Source of the DNA: Chloroflexota bacterium
Lineage (GTDB): Bacteria; Chloroflexota; Dehalococcoidia; Dehalococcoidales; G020351185
Length of the DNA: 56,707 nt
Direction of reading: 5' to 3'
Assembly: GCA_043819155.1 (NCBI GenBank)
Contig: JBDRFC010000009.1
Location: 1 to 56,707 of the forward strand
Part shown: in pieces, positions 1-9,759 of the stretch
Numbering within the stretch: the stretch's first letter is position 1
Layout: the number at the start of each line of letters is the position of its first letter
Translations under genes and position numbers: made by a program
The notes under the pieces: generated by a model
Database searches by the model: none
Told to the model about the DNA's origin: nothing
What the model saw: the letters and a program-made list of their open reading frames with translations, nothing else

Positions 1-178
1 ATGTTACCCCTGGTCTTCAAGAAGCTGTTGCTGTTCGCTTTGACGAGGCCATGTCGGGAAAGTATAATAACCATGGTAAATCTGAAAGCAAATTAGTAGC
101 AAATTCGTAGCAAAAGGCAGTTATGTCAAGAATATGGAGAATATCAATACCACTAATTTAGCTTCAGATTAGGCATTT

Positions 179-269
179 GGAGAGGTGTCCGAGTGGTTGA
201 TGGTGCCGCTCTCGAAAAGCGGTCTCCGTTTTTAGCGGAGCGTGGGTTCGAATCCCACCCTCTCCGCCA
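179..269 (+). tRNA. tRNA-Ser (anticodon CGA), CCA encoded
   Basis: Folded by eye. Acceptor GGAGAGG/CCTCTCC. Anticodon stem CCGCT/AGCGG with loop CTCGAAA, giving anticodon CGA. Long variable arm (class II tRNA). T-arm GTGGGTTCGAATCCCAC. Discriminator G followed by CCA. Confidence 0.9.
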
Positions 270-319
270 GTTTAACGTTAATACTGAAGAACATATAATA
301 TAGCAATATACCTATTTAT

Positions 320-407
<88 letters not shown>

Positions 408-453
408 CTATTTCTTTGTCTACAGTCTGCCTCTGTGCTAGAATGAAACCGCT

Positions 454-1581
454 TTGACAGTGAATAAAGAAGACATCAAATACTGTGTGGGATTCAACAT
501 TATACCCGGTATAGGCCGTGTAAAATTCAACCAGCTCGAAACGTATTTCGGCAGCCTTGAAGATGCATGGAGAGCAGGCCCGGCCGAGCTAATGCGTGCC
601 GGTCTGGATAGAAAATCGGCAAGGACTATAAACGAATGGCGCCCCAGGATATCCCCTGAGGCGGAGATGAAAAAGCTGGAGCACTGCGGTATAGAGGTTC
701 TTACCTGGCATGACTCTAATTACCCTGCTCGTCTAAAGGAGATATATGACTATCCGCCGGTGCTATATATCAGAGGTTCAATAATTGACGAGGATGAGTG
801 GTGCCTGGCGGTTGTTGGTACAAGACAACCTACCGCATACGGCAGACAGGTAACGGAAGAGATAGTTAACGAACTATCCAGAAGCAGGATAACCATAGTC
901 AGTGGCCTGGCGAGGGGAATTGATTCAGTAGCTCATAAAAGTGCACTGGAAGCCGGCGGTAGAAGCATTGCCGTTATGGGAGGTGGACTTGATTCCATCT
1001 ATCCGGCTGAGAATACAAATCTGGCACGTAGTATAATTAAAAAAGGAGCCCTTCTCAGTGAGTATCACCCAGGCACAAAACCCAGACCAGAAAACTTTCC
1101 CCGGCGCAACCGTATAATGAGCGGTATTAGCCTCGGTGTTCTTGTGATTGAGGCCGGCAAAGCAAGTGGGGCATTGATTACTGCCCACCTGGCGCTGGAG
1201 CAAAATAGAGAGGTATTTGCCATTCCGGGCAGCATCCTCTCTCCATCTAGTATAGGAACAAATCAACTTATTAAAGAAGGAGCCAAGCTTGTTCGTGATT
1301 TCGGCGATATCCTTGAAGAGCTTAATCTTACCGCCATCGCCAAGCAACTGGAGATGAAGGAGATTATTCCTTCATCCGATACAGAGGCTTTACTTCTTAA
1401 GAAACTGGGTGCCGAACCCGTTCATATTGATGAGATATGCCGTGCCAGTGACTTGCCTATGGCAACTGTCAGCAGTACCATGGCAATGATGGAGCTAAAG
1501 GGTATGGTTAAACAGGTAGGAATGATGAACTACTCTCTATGCCGCAAAGCCAGAGAGAAATATATTGTGGAAATAGACTGA
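454..1581 (+). CDS. dprA: DNA-processing protein DprA (Smf)
   Basis: 375-aa ORF with the typical DprA Rossmann core (VVGTRQPTAYG, IVSGLARGIDSVAHKSALEAGG, TIAVMGGGLD, YPAEN, RNRIMSG) and a C-terminal winged-helix tail. It has the conserved dprA-topA neighbourhood. The TTG start is uncertain (GTG at 460 is an alternative). Confidence 0.9.
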   Translation: MTVNKEDIKYCVGFNIIPGIGRVKFNQLETYFGSLEDAWRAGPAELMRAGLDRKSARTINEWRPRISPEAEMKKLEHCGIEVLTWHDSNYPARLKEIYDYPPVLYIRGSIIDEDEWCLAVVGTRQPTAYGRQVTEEIVNELSRSRITIVSGLARGIDSVAHKSALEAGGRSIAVMGGGLDSIYPAENTNLARSIIKKGALLSEYHPGTKPRPENFPRRNRIMSGISLGVLVIEAGKASGALITAHLALEQNREVFAIPGSILSPSSIGTNQLIKEGAKLVRDFGDILEELNLTAIAKQLEMKEIIPSSDTEALLLKKLGAEPVHIDEICRASDLPMATVSSTMAMMELKGMVKQVGMMNYSLCRKAREKYIVEID

Positions 1582-3683
1582 TGAAGAAAAACCTTGTAAT
1601 AGTCGAGTCGCCGGCAAAAGCAAGAACGCTTACAAAGATACTTGGCAATAAGTATAAAATTACGGCATCACTGGGGCACATCAGGGATTTGCCCAGAAGC
1701 CGCCTGGGTGTTGATATAGAGCAAGATTTTCAACCAAAGTACGTCGTTTCAAGAGATAAAGGCAAGACCGTAAGAGAGCTTGAAAAGGCAGTCAAATCAG
1801 CCGATAATATATATTTAGCTACAGACCCGGATAGAGAGGGAGAGGCTATCGCCTGGCACCTGCTTGAGATAACAAAATCAAACAATAAATCCTATAAACG
1901 TGTTGTTTTCCACGAAATAACAAAACCGGCAATTGAGAAAGCATTTAAATCTCCCCGTTCCATAGATATGCAGCTTGTAAATGCCCAACAGGCAAGGCGT
2001 ATTCTGGATAGGCTGGTTGGTTACAAGCTAAGCCCGCTATTGTGGCGCAAGATAAGAAAAGGTCTGTCAGCCGGCAGGGTGCAATCGGCAGCCCTTAAAA
2101 TTATTGTCGACCGGGAACGTGAAATCGAAAAATTCATCCCGGTTGAATACTGGACTATTGAAGCCGAGCTGGCTAAAAAGGACTCCACTGAAAAAACACC
2201 TTTTCGTGCTATGCTTTCCGGGCTGGTTGACGGCACAGGGCTTGATATTGACTGTCAGGAAGAAGCGGATGGTATTAAAGCAGAGCTTGAAGAAGCCAGC
2301 TATACTGTTACCAAGGTAAATACAAAAAAGGTAAACCGCCAACCGGCACCGCCATTTATTACAAGTACACTACAGCAGGAAGCCTGGCGTCGCTTTCGCT
2401 TCAGCGCCAAACAGACAATGGTAATCGCCCAACAGCTCTATGAGGGATTACAGGTTGGCGATGAAGGCAGCGTCGGTCTCATTACATATATGAGGACGGA
2501 TTCAACAAATGTCGCCCGTTCGGCAATTGCTGAAACCAAGGATTTTATAAGTAGCAAGTACGGCTCTCAGTATTTACCCCCTCACTCCCGCTCCTTCTCC
2601 GCTAAAGTAAAGGGAGCCCAGGAAGCCCATGAAGCTATAAGGCCAACCGAGGTATTGCGCCAGCCATCACAGCTAAAACCATATCTCAATGCAACACAAT
2701 TTAAGCTTTATAATCTTATCTGGCAGCGAATGGTAGCCAGCCAGATGGCGGCGGCGACATTTAATAATACAAGTATCGAAATAAAAGCCCATTGTCAAAA
2801 ATCAAAAACGAATTACCTCTTCAGGACTTCAAGCTCGGTGAATGTTTTCCCCGGTTTTACGGTCATTTATGCCGAGGGCAAAGATGAGGAAAAGGAAGTA
2901 AGCAATCCTCCTTTACCTCCTCTGGAGAAAGGTGACGAACTGAACCTGTTAAACCTTTTCCCCGAACAGCGATTCACTAAACCGCTGCCACGTTTTACAG
3001 AAGCCACACTTATAAAGATGCTTGAGCAGGCTGGCATTGGCCGACCAAGTACCTACGCCCCGATATTATCCGTAATACAGGAACGTGAATATATAAAGAA
3101 GACAAAGGGCAGCTTGATACCTACGGAACTTGGGTTTGTGGTAAATGATATGCTTACCAGATATTTCTCTGGCATTGTCAATGCAGAGTTTACGGCAAAC
3201 CTTGAAGATGAGCTTGATAAAATAGCAAATGAGAACCTTGATTGGGTTCAGGTTGTTAGAGCATTCTACACCCCTTTTGAAAAAGACCTTGAGGAGGCCG
3301 CCGAGCTTATAGAAAAGGTTAAACTGGCTGATGAGGAAACCGGAGAGGTATGCCCGAAATGCGGTAAACAAATAGTCGTTAAAACGGGACGATTTGGCAA
3401 GTTTTTTGCCTGTAGCGGTTTCCCCGAATGTAAATATACTGCCTCCTTTCAGATAAAGACAGGTGCGAAATGTCCGGAATGCGGCTCCGAACTTACAGGC
3501 AAGAGAAACAAAAAGAAACGCCTCTTTTACGGCTGTAGCAATTATCCGAAATGCAGTTTTGCCATCAATCTCAAGCCGCTGCCTCATCCCTGCCCTGATT
3601 GTGGGGGGCTGTTGATAATACACCGCTCAAAATGGCAGAAGTGCAGCAAGTGCGATTACAAGGGAAAACTGGAGCAGGACTAA
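1581..3683 (+). CDS. topA: DNA topoisomerase I
   Basis: N-terminus MKKNLVIVESPAKARTL, a Toprim domain (DPDREGEAIAWH), catalytic region ITYMRTDS, and three C-terminal CxxC...CxxC zinc ribbons. The ATG at 1581 overlaps the dprA stop (TGATG). The 1539 start in the ORF track is an out-of-gene extension. Confidence 0.95.
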   Translation: MKKNLVIVESPAKARTLTKILGNKYKITASLGHIRDLPRSRLGVDIEQDFQPKYVVSRDKGKTVRELEKAVKSADNIYLATDPDREGEAIAWHLLEITKSNNKSYKRVVFHEITKPAIEKAFKSPRSIDMQLVNAQQARRILDRLVGYKLSPLLWRKIRKGLSAGRVQSAALKIIVDREREIEKFIPVEYWTIEAELAKKDSTEKTPFRAMLSGLVDGTGLDIDCQEEADGIKAELEEASYTVTKVNTKKVNRQPAPPFITSTLQQEAWRRFRFSAKQTMVIAQQLYEGLQVGDEGSVGLITYMRTDSTNVARSAIAETKDFISSKYGSQYLPPHSRSFSAKVKGAQEAHEAIRPTEVLRQPSQLKPYLNATQFKLYNLIWQRMVASQMAAATFNNTSIEIKAHCQKSKTNYLFRTSSSVNVFPGFTVIYAEGKDEEKEVSNPPLPPLEKGDELNLLNLFPEQRFTKPLPRFTEATLIKMLEQAGIGRPSTYAPILSVIQEREYIKKTKGSLIPTELGFVVNDMLTRYFSGIVNAEFTANLEDELDKIANENLDWVQVVRAFYTPFEKDLEEAAELIEKVKLADEETGEVCPKCGKQIVVKTGRFGKFFACSGFPECKYTASFQIKTGAKCPECGSELTGKRNKKKRLFYGCSNYPKCSFAINLKPLPHPCPDCGGLLIIHRSKWQKCSKCDYKGKLEQD

Positions 3684-3687
3684 TTTT

Positions 3688-4668
3688 GTGCAGGAAACAT
3701 TTAAAAAGTATATAAACTACCTTGAAGCGGAGCGTAATGCTTCGCCCTATACCATACGTAATTACAGCAACGACCTGTGGGGAAACTACAAACGTGGTTC
3801 ACAGAAGGGGTTCTTCCAGTTCCTAAGGTTGAGAAAGATTGATTCTATAGACAAGGTTGATAAACATGTCCTGCGCGATTACCTCTCGTATCTTATCGAA
3901 CAGGGGATCGCAAAGGGTAGCATAACACGCAAGCTATCGGCTATCCGCTCTTTTTATCGCTACCTGGTGAGAGAGGGCATCCTTGATAATAATCCGATAG
4001 AGCAAGCAGCCTCACCAAGACGGGATAGGAGATTGCCATCATTTCTTACCGCTGATGAGATGGTTGATCTGCTGAAAGCCCCTGACCTGAAAACACCGCA
4101 GGGATTACGTGATCGCTGTTTAATGGAGCTTATCTATGCCGCCGGTTTAAGAGTAAGCGAACTTGCCAGGTTAAATATTGAGCATGTGAATCTGGATGCC
4201 TTCGAAATCAAGGTTATGGGCAAGGGTTCGAAGGAAAGAATTGTTTTAATCGGCAAGCCGGCAGCCAGGGCTTTAAATGATTACCTTGATAATAGCAGAC
4301 CTTTGCTCCAAGGCAATGCAGGCAATAATGATACCATATTTTTAAATAACCAGGGCAGTAGATTGAGCGAACGTATGATTCAAAAAATACTGAATAAATA
4401 TGCCAGACTTGCCGGCATAAATAAAAGAGTATACCCTCACCTCCTCAGACATACATTTGCTACCCACCTGCTTGATGGTGGCGCCGACCTGCGTGTTGTC
4501 CAGGAGCTTTTAGGGCATTCAAGCCTATCAACCACCCAGATATATACCCATGTAACCCAGAGCCGTGCCAGAAAAGTTTATCTCTCGGCTCACCCTATGG
4601 CAAAGGAAGAAAAGGATGATGATTCAGATGACAAATCAACTGGAACAACGGCTAATAAATTTACGTAA
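3688..4668 (+). CDS. xerC: Tyrosine site-specific recombinase, XerC/XerD family
   Basis: N-terminal SAM-like domain (YLEAERNASPYTIRNYSNDL). Catalytic residues are visible in GLRVSEL, HLLRHTFATHLL and LLGHSSLSTTQIYTHV. GTG start is preceded by GGAGCAGGA. About 22 aa of acidic C-terminal extension. I cannot distinguish XerC from XerD by eye. Confidence 0.85.
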   Translation: MQETFKKYINYLEAERNASPYTIRNYSNDLWGNYKRGSQKGFFQFLRLRKIDSIDKVDKHVLRDYLSYLIEQGIAKGSITRKLSAIRSFYRYLVREGILDNNPIEQAASPRRDRRLPSFLTADEMVDLLKAPDLKTPQGLRDRCLMELIYAAGLRVSELARLNIEHVNLDAFEIKVMGKGSKERIVLIGKPAARALNDYLDNSRPLLQGNAGNNDTIFLNNQGSRLSERMIQKILNKYARLAGINKRVYPHLLRHTFATHLLDGGADLRVVQELLGHSSLSTTQIYTHVTQSRARKVYLSAHPMAKEEKDDDSDDKSTGTTANKFT

Positions 4669-5728
4669 GAGGCTGGTTGAAATAAACTGCGATGCCGTTT
4701 TAATCTCTCAGCCGGAAAACAGGTACTATCTATCCGGGTTTGACGGCACAGCCGGCTTTTTGCTTATTACAAAAAAACATAGTATCCTTGCCACAGATTT
4801 CCGCTACACAGAGCAGGCGGAAAAACAGGCTGCTTGTTTTGAAGTTATCCGGACTGAAGGCAAAATGGAGGACTGGCTTCCCGATTTAATGAGAAGACTT
4901 TCCGTTAAAAATATCGGTTTTGAATCCGGTCATCTAAATTATTCCATCTACAGCCAGCTTTGCAATATATTTTCAAACTTAAAGCCAAATATAAATCTGA
5001 TTCCTTTACAGGAAGCAGTAGATTCCCTGAGGGCTGCCAAAGAACCTGGAGAAGTAGAACTTATTACCAGGGCGGTGACTCTGGCTGATGCCGCAATGAA
5101 ATATACTATTTATACAATTAAGCCTGGGTTGACTGAGCTTGAAGCAGCCTGGGAAACGGAAAAATATCTACGTGAAAATGGCAGCCAACCATTGCCCTTT
5201 AATATAATTATTGCCTCTGGGCCCAATTCAGCACTGCCTCATGCCAAACCAACGGAACGTAAAATAAAAAAAGGCGAACCAATCATCATTGACCTCGGTG
5301 CGAAGTTTCAGAATTATACAAGCGATATAAGCCGTACCATCTGCCTGGGCGAACCAGATGATACTTTCAAGAAAGTCTACAGCATCGTCCTGAGAGCACA
5401 GCAGACAGCCATAGACGGGATTACAGATAAAATAAATGCTACACAGGCTGATAGTCTTGCAAGGGATGTTATAGAGCATTCTGGTTACGGTAAACAATTC
5501 GGACACAGCCTGGGGCATGGGTTGGGGCTTACAATTCATGAAGAGCCATACCTTAGTCAAAACTACAAAGAAAGCCTTGCCGATAATATGGTATTTACAA
5601 TAGAACCCGGTATTTACATATCTGGCTGGGGCGGAGTCCGGTTAGAAGATACTGTAACGCTGGAAAATGGTAAAATAAAGTTGCTTTCACAAACTGAAAA
5701 ATATGATTTTGGGAGTTCTGAATGCTAA
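4616..5728 (+). CDS. Xaa-Pro aminopeptidase/dipeptidase (M24B family)
   Basis: Creatinase-like N-domain followed by a pita-bread domain with metal ligands (IIDLGAKFQNYTSDISRT, GHSLGHGLGLTIHEEP, FTIEPGIY, VRLED). I prefer the ATG at 4616 (purine-rich AAGGAAG upstream) over the track's GTG at 4565. Either start overlaps the xerC 3' end. Confidence 0.85.
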   Translation: MMIQMTNQLEQRLINLRKRLVEINCDAVLISQPENRYYLSGFDGTAGFLLITKKHSILATDFRYTEQAEKQAACFEVIRTEGKMEDWLPDLMRRLSVKNIGFESGHLNYSIYSQLCNIFSNLKPNINLIPLQEAVDSLRAAKEPGEVELITRAVTLADAAMKYTIYTIKPGLTELEAAWETEKYLRENGSQPLPFNIIIASGPNSALPHAKPTERKIKKGEPIIIDLGAKFQNYTSDISRTICLGEPDDTFKKVYSIVLRAQQTAIDGITDKINATQADSLARDVIEHSGYGKQFGHSLGHGLGLTIHEEPYLSQNYKESLADNMVFTIEPGIYISGWGGVRLEDTVTLENGKIKLLSQTEKYDFGSSEC

Positions 5729-6282
5729 ACAGTACAGAGTTAAAAAAAGGAATCGTTATTGAGCTAAACGATAAGTTATACCAGGTTATTGAATACAAAC
5801 ATATTAAAATGAAGCGAACGGCGCTGGTGCGCCTCAAACTCAGGGATATTATAGGTGGCCATACAATAGAACAGACCTTCCAGTCCGACGATAAATTCAA
5901 ACGCGCACGGCTTGAATACCGCCGAATGCAATACCTATATAGTGATGGTGGTATTTATAACTTTATGGATGAGGAGAACTTTGAACAAATACCATTGAAT
6001 GCTTCCCAGCTTGGCGACGCCGTAAACTATATGAAAGAGAATATGTCCCTGGAGATATCGAGTTATAAGGATGAGATAATAGGCGTGGAGTTGCCCATCA
6101 CTATCGAACTTAAAGTAATCCAGACCGACCCCGGTTTCAAGGGTGATACGGCAACTGGCGGCACAAAGCTGGCTAAAATGGAAACCGGAATCACAATACA
6201 GGTACCCCTTTTTATCAATGAGGGGGATATTATTAAGGTCGATACCCGCACCGGCAATTATTTAGAAAGGGCAAGCCAGTAA
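5722..6282 (+). CDS. efp: Translation elongation factor P
   Basis: 186 aa, colinear without gaps with B. subtilis EF-P as I recall it (MQYLY, FMD, KGDTATGGTK, VPLFINEGD). GGGAG SD. Overlaps the peptidase gene by 7 nt. The loop that normally reads KPGKG reads KMKRT (see findings). Confidence 0.95.
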   Translation: MLNSTELKKGIVIELNDKLYQVIEYKHIKMKRTALVRLKLRDIIGGHTIEQTFQSDDKFKRARLEYRRMQYLYSDGGIYNFMDEENFEQIPLNASQLGDAVNYMKENMSLEISSYKDEIIGVELPITIELKVIQTDPGFKGDTATGGTKLAKMETGITIQVPLFINEGDIIKVDTRTGNYLERASQ

Positions 6283-6283
6283 T

Positions 6284-6931
6284 TTGCTGAAAGCCGACCT
6301 CCATATTCATACAAAATATTCAATGGATTGCGTTACTCCATTGGATAGGTTAGTTGAACGCTGTCTTGAACTGGGGATAAACTGCGTCGCTATAGTCGAC
6401 CACGGAACGGTAGAAGGAGCATTAAAATTAAAGGGAATAGCTCCGTTTAAAGTGATTGTAGCCGAGGAAATACTGACCCCCGATGGTGAAGTTATGGGTA
6501 TGTTTCTAGAGGAAACAATACCCAGCGGTATTTCAGTTTCCGAAGCGATTTCAAGAATCAGGGCTCAAGGCGGGCTTGTTTGCATACCTCACCCGTTTGA
6601 TATATTCCGGCCATCTGCTATGAGAGGCAAAACATTAAAAATGATAGCAGAACAGATTGATATTCTTGAAGTATTCAATGCCAGGACACTTCTCTTTCAG
6701 AGCCAGAATAAAGCAATGTCGTTTGCCGAAAAATATGGGCTTAAAAAGAGTGCCGGCAGTGATGCTCATACCCTGCCGGAGATAGGTAACGCTTATGTAG
6801 AGATGCCAGAGTTTAATAATCGTGATGAATTTTTACAAGCCCTGGCTCAAGGGGATATACACGGACATAAAACAAACCCACTGGCACACTTCGCCAGTTT
6901 GAAGAATAGAGTAACAAAGAGGCTTGGTTAG
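6284..6931 (+). CDS. PHP-domain metal-dependent phosphoesterase
   Basis: N-terminal DLHIHTKYSMDC motif, then later HG, HP and SDAH histidine motifs typical of PHP (polymerase/histidinol phosphatase) domains. TTG start. Confidence 0.7.
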   Translation: MLKADLHIHTKYSMDCVTPLDRLVERCLELGINCVAIVDHGTVEGALKLKGIAPFKVIVAEEILTPDGEVMGMFLEETIPSGISVSEAISRIRAQGGLVCIPHPFDIFRPSAMRGKTLKMIAEQIDILEVFNARTLLFQSQNKAMSFAEKYGLKKSAGSDAHTLPEIGNAYVEMPEFNNRDEFLQALAQGDIHGHKTNPLAHFASLKNRVTKRLG

Positions 6932-6933
6932 CT

Positions 6934-7743
6934 ATGTATAGGTTCGGCTGGTTTTCTACCGGTAGAGATAAAGCCGCCCGGGATCTTCTTGAAACTGCCT
7001 GTAATGCAATAGAAAAAGGTGAAATTAAGGCTGAGATTGCCTTTGTTTTTTGCAGCCGTGAACCCGGAGAATCTGTTGAAAGCGACAGGTTTATTGCCCT
7101 GGTTAATAGTTACGGGATAGCGCTTGTCTGTTATTCTTACAATAAGTTCAAATACGGCAGGGATTCTGATAAGCAGGAGGGTGCTTTACCACAATGGCGG
7201 CTTGAATACGACCGTAAGGTAATGGAAATGCTTGACAGTTTCCAGCCTGACCTCTGTATTCTGGCAGGCTTTATGTTGATTGTGGGCAAAGAAATGTGTA
7301 AAAGATGCGACATGATTAACCTCCACCCTGCCACCCCCGGCGGTCCCACAGGCACATGGCAGGAGGTAATCTGGCAGCTTATAGAAGGCAGGGTTACAGA
7401 AACCGGTGTTATGATGCATCTTGTTACTCCAGAGCTGGATAAAGGCCCGGTGGTCAGCTATTGTACTTTTACAATCACCGGTATAATGTTTGATAAGTAC
7501 TGGCAGCAGTTAAAAGGGCAGGATATTAGCGAAATTAAGAAACTACAAGGGGAAAACAATACATTGTTCCGGCTTATCCGCCGGCATGGACTAAAAAGGG
7601 AGTTTCCGTTGATACTGGCTACGATGAAGGCTTTCAGCCAGGGTAAGATAAGAATAACGGGTGGCAAAATCACCAATTCACAGGGTGCAATTATGGGCGG
7701 TTATAACCTGACTGCTGAGATAGATAATATCATCAGCGAATAA
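6934..7743 (+). CDS. Formyltransferase-family protein (PurN-like N-terminal domain, divergent)
   Basis: Colinear with the PurN core: FVFCSRE, PDLCILAGFMLIV, MINLHPATPGG (Asn-x-His retained), VMMHLVTPELDKGPVV (Asp retained). The C-terminal ~90 aa are not PurN-like. Substrate unknown. Confidence 0.6.
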   Translation: MYRFGWFSTGRDKAARDLLETACNAIEKGEIKAEIAFVFCSREPGESVESDRFIALVNSYGIALVCYSYNKFKYGRDSDKQEGALPQWRLEYDRKVMEMLDSFQPDLCILAGFMLIVGKEMCKRCDMINLHPATPGGPTGTWQEVIWQLIEGRVTETGVMMHLVTPELDKGPVVSYCTFTITGIMFDKYWQQLKGQDISEIKKLQGENNTLFRLIRRHGLKREFPLILATMKAFSQGKIRITGGKITNSQGAIMGGYNLTAEIDNIISE

Positions 7744-7765
7744 TAATCCGCCTTATATAGGGAAG

Positions 7766-8761
7766 GTGATAGAGATTAATAATTTTATCTGTTTTGACCT
7801 TGAGGGACCTTTAACACCACAGGACAATGCCTATGACCTTATGAAGCTCTTCCCCAACGGTGATAAGGTCTTTGAGGTTATCAGCCGTTATGATGACCTG
7901 CTGACGATGGAGGGCAGGCATGATTATGAACCCGGCGATACCCTGGCACTGATAGTCCCCTTCCTTGTGCTGCATAATATAACCGAAGCTGATATTAAAA
8001 AGCTGGCTGAAAAAGCTACTTTTACAGGTGGTGCTACTGAACTCGTTTCCTTGCTTAAGAAGAATGGCTGGCAGGTTTTCTGTATTACTACTACATATGA
8101 GCAGTATGCCCATCACCTTACCCAAAAATTGGGTATTGCCGGAGACAATGTCGCCTCTACGCTCTTTGGACTAAATAGCTTTGCAGATATGTTATGTAAA
8201 GATGATACCACCCTGCTGCAGGATATGGAACGAAGCATACTGGCTATAAGCGATAATGATAATTTAATAAAGGAAAAATTAGACGAATTCTTCCTGAAAA
8301 TACTACCTGGAACTGAATTTGGCAGAGCAATAAAAGGAGTAAAACCTGTAGGCGGGCGACGCAAGGTGGCTGCCCTGGAACGCTTTTCTAAGCTTTTTAA
8401 CCAGCCCCTGGCTGAATGGGTGGTGGTCGGTGATAGTATAACTGACTATCGCATGCTTAAAGAAGTAGACAATGCCGGGGGGCTATCTATCGCCTTCAAT
8501 GCCAACCAGTATGCCCTACCCTATGCCACTATGAGCCTGGCATCAAAGGCGATAAGCGACCTTGAGCCGATATTATCAGTTTGGAGGCAGGGTGGCAAAG
8601 ATAAAGTTGAAAAATTGGCACTTGTTAAAGAGAGGGATAATTGCAAACAAGATGAGCAACACTTCCACTGGCTGGCAAATAATAGGGATATAGGTGAAGT
8701 TATTTCTACCCACCGTAAAATAAGACAACTGGTAAGGGAAGAAGCCGGCAAGCTGGGGTAA
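7766..8761 (+). CDS. HAD-superfamily-like hydrolase, function unknown
   Basis: Motif-I-like FDLEGPLT near the N-terminus (DxE rather than DxD) and a motif-IV-like VVGDSITDYRML. It is long for a HAD protein (331 aa). The start codon is uncertain (GTG at 7766 sits inside the SD-like GGAAGGTGAT). Confidence 0.45.
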   Translation: MIEINNFICFDLEGPLTPQDNAYDLMKLFPNGDKVFEVISRYDDLLTMEGRHDYEPGDTLALIVPFLVLHNITEADIKKLAEKATFTGGATELVSLLKKNGWQVFCITTTYEQYAHHLTQKLGIAGDNVASTLFGLNSFADMLCKDDTTLLQDMERSILAISDNDNLIKEKLDEFFLKILPGTEFGRAIKGVKPVGGRRKVAALERFSKLFNQPLAEWVVVGDSITDYRMLKEVDNAGGLSIAFNANQYALPYATMSLASKAISDLEPILSVWRQGGKDKVEKLALVKERDNCKQDEQHFHWLANNRDIGEVISTHRKIRQLVREEAGKLG

Positions 8762-8787
8762 TCTATATTTTATATGGAGCTAAATAA

Positions 8788-9759
8788 ATGAGCAAAATTG
8801 GAGTTGTCGGGATAGGAGCGCTGAATATAGATAATATATACAGAGTAGAGCGCATTCTTGAAGATGCCGAATCGCTGGTTGATGAGGTAAAGTCATTCCC
8901 GGGAGGCTCGGCAGCCAATACGATTTATGGCCTGTCAAAGCTCGGTGTAGATACAGGCTTCGTTGGTGCCGTTGGCGATGATGTTGAAGGAAGGCTGATG
9001 TTACAGGACTTTGAGAAAACCGGGGTGGATACCAGCCATATTATTGTAAAGACGAGAGAAAAAACAGGAAAAACTCTGTGCCTCAGCGATATTTCAGGCA
9101 AACGCTCTATTTATGTTATACCTGGTGTCAATAACCTCTTATCTCTGGATGATATTAACCTGCCATATATAAATGAAAGCAGGTTTCTACACATTTCTTC
9201 CTTTGCCGATGACAGGCAGTTTCAGCTATTGCTAGACCTTGTAAATAAAATAACCCCTCAGGTTAAGATTAGCTTTTCCCCCGGTGAACTGTATGCCTCT
9301 AAAGGCTTGAAGGCTCTAGCTTCAATATTAAACAAAACCCATATTCTTTTTACAAACCAGAGAGAGATGCAGATTTTAACCGGCAAGGATTTTATAACCG
9401 GTGCAAAAATCTGTCTTGAGAATGGTTGCCGGATTATAGCCGTTACTCTTGGCAAGGGTAATAGGTTAGCTGGTAGTAAAAAAGCCTCCGCTATCTGCTA
9501 TATAAGAGATATAAAAAACGAATATATGATTGAACCGGCAGGCATTACTGAAACCTGTATTGATACCACCGGTGCCGGTGATGCCTTTGTCACTGGCTTC
9601 CTCTACGGGTTCCTAATCAAAAAGGGGCTGGAAGAATGCGGACAGATGGGAAATATTGCTGCCCAGTTTTGTATCCACCAGCTAGGTGCCAGGCAGGGAC
9701 TACCAACCCTCATCCAGCTGCATAAGCGTTATAAAGAGATTTATAACAAGCAGCTATGA
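8788..9759 (+). CDS. PfkB-family carbohydrate/nucleoside kinase
   Basis: Ribokinase-like fold signatures: N-terminal GGSAANT and C-terminal DTTGAGDAF anion-hole motif. TGGAG SD. Substrate not inferable. Confidence 0.85.
   Translation: MSKIGVVGIGALNIDNIYRVERILEDAESLVDEVKSFPGGSAANTIYGLSKLGVDTGFVGAVGDDVEGRLMLQDFEKTGVDTSHIIVKTREKTGKTLCLSDISGKRSIYVIPGVNNLLSLDDINLPYINESRFLHISSFADDRQFQLLLDLVNKITPQVKISFSPGELYASKGLKALASILNKTHILFTNQREMQILTGKDFITGAKICLENGCRIIAVTLGKGNRLAGSKKASAICYIRDIKNEYMIEPAGITETCIDTTGAGDAFVTGFLYGFLIKKGLEECGQMGNIAAQFCIHQLGARQGLPTLIQLHKRYKEIYNKQL

Noticed and set aside
1-110. Possible 3' end of a plus-strand gene entering the window. Frame 3 reads ...VTPGLQEAVAVRFDEAMSGKYNNHGKSESKLVANS and stops at 108..110.
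   Set aside because: Frame 1 is also open to position 96. The fragment is too short to recognise any family, so I cannot support a call.
1539-1580. Upstream extensions in the ORF track: topA from 1539, the peptidase from 4565, the Zn-ribbon ORF from 37724, rpoB from 48688, and the 112-aa ORF from 13968.
   Set aside because: In each case an internal start has a proper SD and gives the family-typical N-terminus. The extension overlaps the upstream gene or itself contains the SD.
3688-4668. Considered the tyrosine recombinase as an integrase marking a mobile element or prophage boundary, given the nearby tRNA genes.
   Set aside because: It has the XerC/XerD-type N-terminal domain and sits in a housekeeping dprA-topA-xer context. 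There are no flanking repeats, att-like duplication of the tRNA 3' ends, or phage genes.
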